A stretch of 64,000 nt of DNA from assembly GCA_013239625.1 (NCBI GenBank), contig MU054925.1, forward strand, positions 1,434,829-1,498,828, written 5' to 3'. A model generated the notes under the pieces. It was not told the origin of the DNA and ran no database searches. It saw nothing but the letters and a program-made list of their open reading frames with translations. The position numbers were made by a program, and so were the translations under genes. The first letter of the stretch is position 1. Every line of letters begins with the position of its first letter. Positions 1 to 14,200 of the stretch are shown piece by piece. The stretch is from Lama guanicoe (Eukaryota).

Positions 1-630
1 TCTACCTGCTCAACAGCCACTGCCAGGATCTGCCGGACACGGGGAGGGAGCGAGCTCTACCTGGATGGGGCATGGACTGGACACCTCTGCCAGTGTGTGC
101 TGTCAGCCTGCGCCGTCGGCATAGACGTGGATGCGAGGACTGTTTTGGAGACTGGGGGTGGGGGGTGGGGGCTCAGATGTACTCAGAGAAGGGAAGACGG
201 GGCCGTCACAGGATGCCAGCCCCTGCCTGGGAGAGGGGCACTCAGTCAAGGCCAGCCCCTTCCTGGGTATTTATTTATTGGGGACAGGAGGAGAGGAGCC
301 CTACCTGGGTGGGGCAGCACCTCCAGTCCCCCTCCCTCCCTGTCTGGCTACTCTACCTCCTCTTTTTGTCTGTGCCACCGTGATGGGACTGGGAGGAGAG
401 CAGAGGGGCCAGGTGTGGGCAGGGCTGAGGGGGAAGGGAGCCATGATGGAGGCCTGGGGCCAGTAGGGGCTCCCAGGGCTCCCTTCTGCCTACCACTTCA
501 GATGATGGGTGTAAATAGCTCTGAAGGGCAGTTGGGTAGGTGGGTGGGGGCTCCTGGTGGCCCTCTGCTGCCCAGGCCACACCTTTCCTGGGGTTCCATC
601 GTGCTAATAAACACTGGCTCTAGGATTAGA
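1..630 (+). other. SEMA3F: 3' UTR end of semaphorin 3F (last exon, partial)
   Basis: No credible ORF; AU-rich TATTTATTTATT at 268-279; ends in GCTAATAAACACTGGCTCT, resembling the human SEMA3F mRNA end as recalled; position upstream of GNAT1 fits known synteny. Confidence 0.8.
606..611 (+). terminator. SEMA3F: polyadenylation signal AATAAA (SEMA3F)
   Basis: Canonical hexamer followed by T-rich sequence (ctttggctttctcctt). Confidence 0.8.
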
Positions 631-1894
631 CTTTGGCTTTCTCCTTGGCAGAGGAGGGAGGATGGGGTTCAGCCCACACCCAAGTTCTGTCTCTTCTGTT
701 CCCTCCCCCGACAATGTGGCCTGGCTACCAGTCCCCCCACGATATCTTCTGCAAGCCCAGCTTCTATTCGCTCATTCAGTGGTTTGATCATTTGTTCACA
801 CCACTTTCTCACCTGGCTTTGTGTCCCACAGGGCACTAAGGACTCAGAATTGGCAAGACAAAGCCATAGCCTTCACAGTTCAGTGGTCTCTGCCCTGAGA
901 ATCAGCAGAATTCCCATGCTTCCTGCCTCCTTCTAGCCAGCTCTCAGCAGAGGGACCAGCAGGAGCAAATGTCCAGAGGTCAGGAAGACCAGGAGAGGTG
1001 GAATCTGCTAGAGGGGAAGAGGTGGGGCTGAGGGCCCTGGGCCAAATGGAATTTAAGCCCTGGCAGGGGAATTTAAGAGCCGGAAGGCTCATGGATCCAT
1101 CAGGGCTTAGGGCCATACCTGGCAGGCAAGGGGAACCAGGTGGGGACTGGGAGGCAGTGGAATGGTCCCCTTTTAAATAAACCCAATATGTAGAAACCAG
1201 GTTTTTGTTGGTTGCCCAAAGGTTGGTACCACCCCAAACCTTTGGGCAATGTGTAGGGGGCTTCAGAGACCCCCTCCCAAACCTCTCGGGCCCACTTACA
1301 ACATAGTTGGAAGGCAGGTAGAGGATGAATGGAACGTGAAGTCTCAAAGTGGCACAAATTGTCTGTTGCTCCTGGACAGATACCCCCACACCCAACAGGG
1401 TATATGTTGAAGCCACAGCTCATGGAGCTGGTATCCACTTCCCACACATTTAGGGACAGTCTTCAATGCTCAATATCTGGGGCCCTGGCACCCCTTTGTG
1501 GTCTCTTAGGTCGGCAAAAGAGTTGAGTACTAAGGCAGCCAGACTTCCGAGGAGTCCAGCCAGGTGGCTCAGGGAGGTGGGTAGCAAATCTCCAGAGGTG
1601 GGAACTCAACACTACATGCTCAGTTGAACCCCTTACAGCAGCACACCCGGCCCCATCTGAACCCACACACAGACCTCAGATCCCAGAGCTGAGTCAGGTG
1701 TGCCCTAGAGATACTTGTAGGCAGGTCCCAGCGCCCCACCAGGAGACAGAAGAGCAGGGCAGATGAGCCCCACTCCTCCATGCCCCTGGGAGCGCCAGAC
1801 CTGCTCTGGGACTCAGGTTCCCCATCTGACAACAGGCCTGCAGGACATCCCCTGGAAGAGCCTGGTCACCTCTGCAGATCAGAGACTGTTACAC

Positions 1895-2300
1895 TCAAGT
1901 ACAAGTGTACACAGAGGCACAGGCACATGCAAGCATGCACACATACAGGCAGATACGTGCATAGATGTTCATGCATACAGACACACTGACATACGCGCAG
2001 GCAAGAGCACACTAATGTGCATTGCATCTTCAGGGAATTATACATTCATGCACACATGCATATGTTAACCCAGATAAGCACAGCGAAGTCCACATACAAA
2101 CACTTGCACATGAAGAGAAATACACAAAAGTATATCCACACACACACACACACAGGTAAACAAGCAGGCAAGCATAGACACAACACACAGGCACATGTGT
2201 ACACACAATATACACAAACGTGTCATGTCACTGCCTTGCTCGGTGCCAGTAAAGGACAGATGTACACACCCAGTACAGGTAGCAGACATGCACGCCCACC
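1895..2300. repeat. degenerate CA/CAT-rich low-complexity tract
   Basis: Many cacaca/catgca/tacaca units, with a short pure (CA)n at about 2137-2154. Confidence 0.85.
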
Positions 2301-2419
2301 CAAGTCCGTTGGAATCATAGAGGCATGTAGAAGCCTTGCCCAGCTGAGACCAGCCTTCAGTACAGGGCATACGTGATGTCCACCTTTACCTCTTGACTCC
2401 CTGTGAAGCATGGAGCCCT

Positions 2420-2510
2420 GGTCCAGAATCACTCAGCCCTTCTCAACCACCTCCTGCTGTGTGACCCTGTGAGCCTTCACTTCCTCTTCAGTAAAATGGG
2501 GTTAAAGATG
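2420..2510 (+). mobile_element. MIR SINE fragment
   Basis: ctgtgtgaccctgtgagccttcacttcctcttcagtaaaatgggg matches the MIR core pattern. Confidence 0.6.
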
Positions 2511-2740
2511 GGGGGCACCCATCCCCTATGGCCGGTAAGGAGCAGTTTTGAGCCCAGTGCTGGGCTGGGCTTCTCCTCCTTCTCCCTGCTGCCAGGCCCA
2601 CCCCCCACTTCTCCCACCCCCGGACTTGAGGCCCTATCCTCCCCTTTCTGAGCCTGGACCCAGGTCTCCCTGCTCTGGAGCAGGGGCTGGACTGACTTCA
2701 GGGTCTCTCTCAGAGGGTTTGGGGAGCAGTGTAGAGGGGG

Positions 2741-2900
2741 TGCAGAGTCAGCAGTTGAGGGATTGGGGCCATGCCAGCCCGATTAGAAGGGCTGGGGGCT
2801 GAGCTGGATTCACCTGTCCTTGTCTCTGATTGGCTCTTGGGTACCCACAACCCTCAAATCCCCCTAAGCAGCCCCAACAGGGCTTGCCCAGGTCTGTGGA
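2741..2900 (+). promoter_or_regulatory. GNAT1: GNAT1 rod-photoreceptor proximal promoter (NRL/MARE plus CRX-like sites)
   Basis: TGCAGAGTCAGCA at 2741-2753 is 1 mismatch from the MARE TGCTGACTCAGCA; CGATTAG at 2780-2786 is a K50-homeodomain (CRX-like) site; about 150-300 bp upstream of the ATG. Confidence 0.65.
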
Positions 2901-3036
2901 CAGCCAGTTGATTGCCAGTTCTGGGATCAGAAGGGTGTCCGGGGAGGCCAGAGGCTGGCCTGAGCCTGGCTCTGGGGAGCCCCTCCATCCAGAAGAGCCA
3001 ACTGACCACCTTGTTCCTTCGCCTCCTGCTGGGATC

Positions 3037-6264
<3,228 letters not shown>

Positions 6265-6628
6265 GGTGGCTCTTCCTCGCGGGCCAGGACGCTCCCCTGT
6301 CGTCGTGCCCCTTAATCCCAATACTCCAAGCCTCATTCCCAGCTTGCCACCCCATCTCTCAACAGCAGGCCCACACCGAGCTTTCCAGAGCCACTCTACT
6401 TGTCTGTAGTCTGGCCCCCAACTCCCAGACCCCACTGCTACCAGGCTCCACCCCACTGCCACTGGCCCCTACCCTCTGCTCACAAGCCCCACCCAATCAA
6501 TCCCTTTTGACCCCTCCACAACCCTCCAGGTGCTACTGCTTCCAAGCCCACCTTCCTGCCGCTCTCAGCCTAAACCCAATTATTTTAGTGCTTAATAATG
6601 TTGACTCTGCTCCTTTTTCTCTTCACAG

Positions 6629-7900
6629 GTACCAGAACTCATGCGTACCCCTGAGATTCTGTAGACCTAGCCGCCTTTTAGCCCTGGTCCACAGGACCCA
6701 ATCTGCCCCCAGGACTCCTGGGCCCCAGGCTATGGCCCCACCAGCCACAGACCCAAAGCCCTGAGCCCCGCTAGCCTTGAGGCCCTAACCCTCCCCCATG
6801 GCTCCCAGGACTGCCAGGTCTCCCGGAGCCTGGCACCCCCACCCCTAGTGCTGCCCTTCACGGCCTGGCTGCACTGGCCTCCACAACCCACCATAGCCAG
6901 CCTCAGCTAGAAACAAGCAGCACTTGGGGCAGCTAGAGCTCATGGTGACTCAGCAGTGTCCAACTGACCAATCTCCTGTGGCTCTCCTGCTCCAGGAGGT
7001 CCATGATTCACCTGGTGGGTCTGGGTTCAGCAAACAGCCCTCCCTCCCAGAGTTTCATAAAGGGCAGTAGGGCAGGCAGGAAACCCTCCTCCACGCAGTC
7101 CTGCTGCTTACCATCAGCCCATTCTAGCCTTACCACCTCCATGTGACAAGTCTGACACCTGCCTACCCAGTGGCTAGTGACTGCCCCGCCCAGCAGCTTC
7201 AGGGGTCCAAAGTCCAAGCCAGCTGTGGCCTGTGTAGATTGAACATGATGAATTAGTGAGTAGGGGCAGGCCTGGGAGCCCCTGGGTGCCAGGCGTATAT
7301 TCAAGCTGGACCCTTCCCCACATACCCTGACCTCCTCCCCCACAGGCTCTGCCCCTTTCATCCTCGGACACTGAATTCATAGCCTACCTCATCCACCCAC
7401 CCACAGCACTCCAGGCTGGCTAGCCAAGGGGATGATCTATTGAGGGAGGGTACTGTTGACACCGCTGTGGCCAATGGTCAAACTGTCCTGAGGGGTGGCT
7501 GGGAGCAGAGTCCGGGTCCCATCGATCAGTCCGAGACAGAGGATTTGAGACAGGAAGGAGGCCCAGGTTGTGCCCAGAGGAGTCTACCTCAGGTTGGGTC
7601 ACAAGCAAACTCAGGTGGCCCTCCTGTCCCTGCCAGCAGTTTCTCTCACCCTTCCCATTAAGGGCCCATTCCCTGGTGGGAGAAACTGAGGGCCATGCCT
7701 GAGCCAACAGGGACAAATCCCATGTCCCCACAGCCCTCCTCCTTACTTCCCCATCAAGCACTGAGTCCTTGCTGATGCCCACGGGCCAGGGCCTGTGCTG
7801 CACAAGGACAAGGAGTTCCTGTCTAGCAAGGCCAGGGCATAATTCGCACTCCCTTCAGCTAGATGCACAGACTCAGCAATAAACCTTTGCATCAGGCCCC
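6629..7900 (+). other. GNAT1: GNAT1 non-coding terminal exon / 3' UTR (after a putative intron 6266-6628)
   Basis: Donor TGAG|gtggct 1 nt after the stop; strong acceptor ctttttctcttcacag| at 6628; AATAAA at 7878-7883. Confidence 0.6.
7878..7883 (+). terminator. GNAT1: polyadenylation signal AATAAA (likely GNAT1)
   Basis: First canonical hexamer I could find downstream of the GNAT1 stop. Confidence 0.6.
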
Positions 7901-8344
7901 AGCTGTCCTTTCTTACGGGGAGGGGGAGAGCATTCATTATCATGACTCATGGGCATTTATTAAGTGCACAGTGCCGGCTGGACGTAAGTGGGAAGATGGT
8001 CCCTTCCAGAGAGAGGCACCTGACCTGACTTGGCAGGGGCACTCTTGGGGCATGGGATCAACTTGTGCCTCTTGAGAGGGGTTGAGGAGTCGTGGGAAAC
8101 ATTCACAGGGACGGTCTTGTATCAAGAGGGGATTGCGAGGTGGAAGCTCATTCCAGCAGAGGCAGTAGGGTGTAGAAGGCCCAGGATCATGGGCTTGTGG
8201 GCCATGAGTGTTCAATGGAGCAGGAGCGAGGAAGGGGAGGTGGCGTGGGGAGACAGTGGGCAGGTGCCAAGTGCCAGCCTGAGGGCCTGTGCTTCCTGCA
8301 GAAGATGATGGGTCCAGGAAGCCCTCGAAGCTAGGACATAATTG

Positions 8345-8835
8345 CAGGGCCAGGAGTGAGGCTCTCACTTCAGCTGCAAAATTTAGGGTGGTGTTGAAAG
8401 ATTCAGTAATTTAGATAGATATTACTGAAGTATTTTAAAAATCAAAATTACTACCAAAAAAATCCATGATGAACAAAATATCCAAATTTTAAATAAAGAT
8501 CCAAGTGAGCCCTGGAGAGCCATCTTGGATCCTGAAGCAAAAGGAAAAATGTCCAACCCTATATATGTTTTTATGCAGTTTTAAAGGTTAATTTTTTTTA
8601 ACAGAACATTAGAGGAAAAAACATTGAAAAAAATTGAAAGTAGTTATATGAAAACTCACAACATGACTTTAAGCTTAATTATTTTATTTCTACCAAAAAC
8701 AAAATTTATAATATTATTTTCCTGGCTTGAATGGAAATAAAATCTTCAATGATATTTTCCAAATCTGCTTCTAGAAAAAAAAGTCATTAAAAATTTTCAT
8801 AAAAACACATGTATAGGGGCACACATTTTTCCTGG
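8345..8835. mobile_element. ancient hAT-type DNA transposon remnant (MER96B-like)
   Basis: Sharp AT-rich island in GC-rich DNA; cagggccaggagtgagg...gcaaaatttaggg and aaaaatccatgatgaacaaaatatccaaattttaaataaaga resemble MER96B as recalled. Confidence 0.65.
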
Positions 8836-11800
8836 GGGCGGGGCATGGGGGAAGAGAGGAGAGAGGATGGGGCTATGGGATCCCTGAGGAAGAGACTTAT
8901 GTCCTCATTCCCCATGGGGCCAGTATCAGCAAGGAATGGGACTCAGTGACAGGGGTCTGGATCTGTGCATGTGATGCCTCCACCGAGCTGGGATTACAGA
9001 GGATTGTTGAAGGGACTGAGTTTTCTGGGCCGGTGGCCACTTGGGGGAGATGTCCAAAAGTAAGACAGATCCTTGTGGCTGGGCTGAAGGTAGCAAATGG
9101 GCAGCAACCTCAATGTCCAGGTGGAGAGTGGCGCTGTGAGCCTAAGGGGGCTGGAAGGGGAGAGTGAGGGTACTCAGGCCTGTGCACAGACTGGGGGAGA
9201 CACGGGATGGGTTAGGGAGCCCAGGACACGTGGTCAGCCAAGGTGGTGCTGTTCAGAGGCCTGAGGGGAGCATGGGTCTCAGGCCAGTATTTCAGGACCT
9301 CCACTGGATGGTTTGGGGCCTGGCTGAGTTAGGGTTATTCATCCCTACTCAGGACCCTCTGCCCAGTTTACTGGTGAGAGGTGGCGCAGGTGAGAGTGAT
9401 GGAGAGATTTTAGAGGGAGGCTCAAGGCAGAAGATGGTGGCCTTGAGGAGCTGGAGCTGGCAGGCTTGAGACGTAGGAAGCTGTCAGGAGAGGTGGGCTA
9501 CTGGGGTCTTCCGTGAAGCCACTGTGTCTTGCAAGGAAAGTAATGATCTCCCCAGCCTTCTCTGGGGAAGGGACAGAGAGAAGGTCAAACACTAGGCAGA
9601 GGCTGGACTCCACGCTCCAGTGAGTCCCTTTCCAAGTGTGGTTCTGATCCCAGGGACTGGGATTAAAGACCAACATTCTTGGACCCCATGTACTAGGGAC
9701 GCTGCCTGGCCTCAAGCTGCCCTGTCTATGGGCAGCAAGGATCATAGGGTTGCCTCAGAGTCTCCCGGCCCAAAGCCTCCCCAGCCCCAATCACCACACT
9801 GGTATAATTACAGCATAAGGAGCAGGATCAATGGATGCCCAATGCCTGATTCACAGTCCAGGGTGGAGGATCAGAGAGAACTGGCCCAGAGTTGGCCCAG
9901 CGGCAGCCACACCCTAGTCTTGGAGGTGAGGGGTGTTTACTGTGGTCACCTCCAGCCACTAACTTCCCTGCCTGACCTCAGCCTCCAGGTGGGGATCTTC
10001 TCGGCCTTCAACTCTGGCTCTGATGGGACTGACCTGGCCTGGCCACCGACCAGAAATTAGGCAGGCCTGGCGGATGGTTAATGCTGCTGATGTCAGGACC
10101 TGGTCGGGTGGCCCTGGGGGCTTGAGCCCTCCCCATAGGCAGTGGCATGGCCCATGTGCCCTGGGCTCATTAAGCTGCTTCAGTGGCCACAGAAGCTGGG
10201 GGCCAGCTCTCAGGAGAGAAAAGGAGGGCCCTCTGGGACGGGGGGCCAGGCTTCAGCCAAGAGGTCACCAGCAGTTCTGGGGACACAGGCCAGGGGAGAA
10301 CTAGACAAGAGGGCTTGCCTGTGGGTCCCCTTTCTACTTCCATACCTCTAAACCTCTGCTCATGCGGAGAGGAGCCTCCCAGATACCAAACTGGGCAGAG
10401 TGTAGTCAGAAGCTGTGGGTGTGGAGGTGAGAACCACCCTCCCCTGTGAGGCCTTGAAAGCCCTCCACATGACTCCAGTCCAAGGGTCCTGCCTCTGCAC
10501 ACAGCCCTCCACCTATTGGTGCTCATCCCACACTCACACTCAAGTTTCCCTGTGGCAAAGCCATTTCTTCCATCCACAGTGCCCTCTCTTCCCCACGCTG
10601 GCAGGGGCCTTTCTTTGCCTTGGCAGAGTCAAGCCCACAGACTGCTCCTCCATCAGGCTTTTCCTGATCCACATGCTCTAAGCTGGCAGGAGCTTTCCTG
10701 TCTAGAGGTCCCACACAGAGCTCTCCGAGACACTGAGGCTGGGGCTGAGTGCAGGGAGGGCCAGAGCAGTCGCAGTACGTCTAGGAAGAGCCAGCTTTTC
10801 CTGGGAGTCAGGCTGGGTTCTCAGAGCTGATCTTCTATTTGGGTGTTGAGGGACAAGTGAGAATTCGCCAAGGAGGTGGGACACGATGGGGAACCAGGAG
10901 GGCAGAAGCACAGGGAGCTGAAGGCTGGCACATTCTTCAAACAGCAGGAATGTATGCGGCCAGCCAGGCAGCAGAGGAGGTGAAGATGCCAACTGGGATG
11001 AGGAGCAGGTCGGGAGGATGTCAGGGAGGCCAGCTGGGTGAGAGGCAGGTGCCTGCAGGGGGTCTGAGGAGTCAGTGGATACAGATGCTAGGATCTGGGT
11101 TGGAGGTGAAGATGGGGCCTCACTGTCAGAGAGGGTCTTGGGGCACTGTGTAGGTGATGTGCCAGGGGAGGGGCTGGCATGGTGAGAGGAGACTGCCTAG
11201 CTGGAAGCTGAGAAGATGTGACTAAAGAGAGAGAAGCAAAGCAAAGGGCTGCCAGGATCCTGGAAGGAGGGTCCAAGTGATCCTGGGACCCTAAGTTCTG
11301 CCTCACATGTCTGATAGCATCTTGGGCCTGTGTATCCATTTCTGGAGATGGGGGAGTGGAGGTAGGGGGCTGGGCTGAAGGCTGACGCAGGTGGCTGACC
11401 CCAACACGGCAGCTGCGGGGGTGGACATTCCCTCTGGCCCCTGGAAGAAGGTGCTCGGTACCTCTCATAGCCCCATAACGGATGCCAGCCATCCAGCCAC
11501 CTCAGGCTGGGCTGGGAGACTCAGCAGGTGGCGGAAAAGGCCTCCAAGCTGTGTTTGCCCTGGCTGGGGCCCAGGCCGTAGCATCAACAAACAGGCAGCT
11601 CCTCCTCTCAGCCTGGCCACAACTGGCCTGGCCCAGGACCCCACATCATACTGCCTCTGGGCCTCCCACAGCAGCCCAGCCCAGCTGGCCCCTGATCCCT
11701 CCAGTCTGGACTGAGGACCCCAACACCCACATGCTAGGTGAACTTGAAGCCATGCCTGACTCCTCAGAAATTACCAGTAGGCGCTCCTAGCCCTTTGCAA

Positions 11801-13189
11801 ATGGCTTCTGTGAGCATCCAGGATGTCTGGAGGTGGTAGGTGGGGGGCAGACCTGAGTCAGACCCGGTCAGCGCCTCTCCTATTGTCTCTGTCCCATAGG
11901 CAGTCCTCAAGCCCCTTTGGAGTCTCTCATGGCCAAGGTAAGCTGTGATCTGGGGATTACACCAGCTCCAAACTGAGAGGGAGAACCCATCCCTTCCTAT
12001 TTTTCAGCCATCAGCAGGGCAGGAGCTTGGATGGTTTGAGATTTTCAAGGATCTGCACCATCCTAATGCCTTTCTCTTTAGTCCTCCCAGCCCCTCCTCT
12101 GCACTCCTAGCTGAAACCGAGTCCCCTGCCGGCTCGGCACTCAGAGCTTCCCCCTACCCCTACTCCCTCAGGCCAGATGAAAAGACAGAAACATTTCCTT
12201 GTGACACAGAGGGAAACTGAGGTAAGCTAGGGTTTGACTGTGGTGGTGCTGTGAGTCAGTAGGAAGAGAACTCTGGAGTCCTGACTCCCAGCCCAGGGCA
12301 GGGGAGGGGCGAGGACAGTCCTCCCAGGGTATTCTCCCCAGCACCAGGGAGGGGGGCAGACATGACACAGAGACATCCAGTGGCTGGGAACAGCAGAGGC
12401 CATGGGATTAATCGGATCAGAGCCAGTGGCTGAGAAGCAAGGGACACAGCTGTTCTGGGAATCCCCCCCACCAGCTCACCCCCAAGGTCAAGACCTCCCC
12501 CAGCTCCCTGCTGGCTGTGCCTGGGGTGGGAGGGCTTAACACCCACTCCCACCTCTGAGCACCAAGGCCTTGGGTGGGAAGGAGGCAGGGGTGGGATAGG
12601 AGCCCCCAGCCAAGAACAGGGCCACCCTACAACCCCTTTCCCCAAGGCACCAATTCCCAGGCCCCACTTCCCATGGGCAGACACAGCTGCCTCCTACTCC
12701 TTAGAAATAAGAAAATGGGGTGGGGAGGCATGGCCAGGGAGATTCCAGGCAGGGCTCAGCATGAGCCTGGCCTTACTCTACTCCCGTCCTCATTGCCCCT
12801 ACCCTTGTCTACCCTCAATCTCTTCTGAATATCTGGGGTGAAGACAGAAGAATTGATGAGGGAGGCCCTGTCCTCACCCTATCCCATTTCTGCTTGGGAA
12901 GGGTGAGGCAGGCAGAAAGACATTTTGTGCCTGAGTGATATCTGAAACTCCCCCATTCAGAGCACCCGTCACTGAGGTTAAACGTGGCCCTCTTCCCACT
13001 CCTCTTGGCTGAAGAGCCTCTTCTGGCTTCAGGGAGGTGAGGGCAGAGCATTTCAAGGGTTAAGGGGCACTCAGAGACTCAAGAGAGAATCTGATTTGGA
13101 CTGAAGCATTTCCCCCACAAGACTCAACTGAGCCCCTCCCGAAGCAGCTGCTCTCCTACCTAGGGGCTCCTTAGCGCACAAGCTGCCCC

Positions 13190-14200
13190 TTTGCTCCAGG
13201 CCCGCGGGGGCCCCCCGCCTCTCCCCGGCCAGCCCCTCCTCCCGCGGGCCGCCGGGGATTGGCGGGCCGGGGGCGGGCCGGGGGCGGGGCCGGGCGCCCT
13301 TCATCCCCCGCCGCTGCGCTCAGCCGGGAGCAGAGCGGATAGCACCCGCCGGAGCGGAGCACCGCGCGTCCCCAACTGTGAGGCCAGGTACCGCTGGGGG
13401 CGCCGACCCCCCGCCCAGGGGCACCAGGGGGGCTGAGCCCACTGTCCACTCTTGCGTCCGGAGCCGGGCTCTGGGCAGCTTCCCTGGCCTCCGGGGAGTC
13501 ACGGCCCCTTGCGCTTTGGGGGCAGGTCTGAGGACTCGCCAGTCGAGACTCAGCTCCGAGCTTGAGTTGGTGTCTCGGGCGGGGCACCTCGTCGTCTCGG
13601 GGCCTCTCACAGTGCCGGGCAGGACAGCAGGAGGTCGGCGGCAACCGGGGCCGAGGCGGCAGGACGCCTTGTTGGGGGCTTGGGTGGCACGACATGGACT
13701 TCCCGAGGCAGGGCCCACTTGGACGGGCTCGATAGGGTCCCGGACGGGGGCCTAAGAGGGCCCGGGAGCAGACCCTGGAGCGCTGCCCCGACGGGCGCCT
13801 GACAAGCATATCGGCCCGGCTGGCACGCCGGGAGTCCGGGTATATTTATCCCGCTGCGTTAGGCAGGGGCTTGAGGGCAGAGACGGCCAGGCTGCCTGAG
13901 GGGCCGCAGGGCACATGTTGGTCCCAGAGCCCGTGCCATTTGCAGCCGGGCCAGCGGGCACGGCCAGCGCAGGGTGTGTGTGGCTCCCTGGTCTGAGGGC
14001 AGGGCTCGGTCTGCACTCCTCTCGGCGGAGCTCTGCGACCGGGTGTGAGAGCTGGCAATGCGCACAGGGGCGGAGGGAAAAGACCCTGCCTTGGTTTGCG
14101 GGAGCCCGCCCCCGCCCGATTGGCCCCTTCCATTGGCCACAGCCAGTGCGTGCGTTTGTTTACACCAGGGGAGGGGGAGGCCAGGGGCGGGGCCTGTGGG
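13190..14200 (+). promoter_or_regulatory. SLC38A3: CpG island / SLC38A3 promoter with GC-box array
   Basis: High CpG density; tandem GGCGGGCCGGG units at 13261-13294. Confidence 0.85.
13310..13387 (+). other. SLC38A3: SLC38A3 non-coding exon 1 (5' end approximate)
   Basis: ...cccaactgtgaggccag|gtaccg donor just downstream of the GC boxes; resembles the human SLC38A3 5'UTR as recalled. Confidence 0.65.

Noticed and set aside
97-936. 279-aa ORF over the SEMA3F UTR and many other 100-240 aa ORFs (e.g. 32875..33594, 45650..46384, 57036..57683)
   Set aside because: Low-complexity P/G/S/R-rich translations, mostly non-ATG starts, no recognisable domains; expected by chance in GC-rich mammalian DNA.
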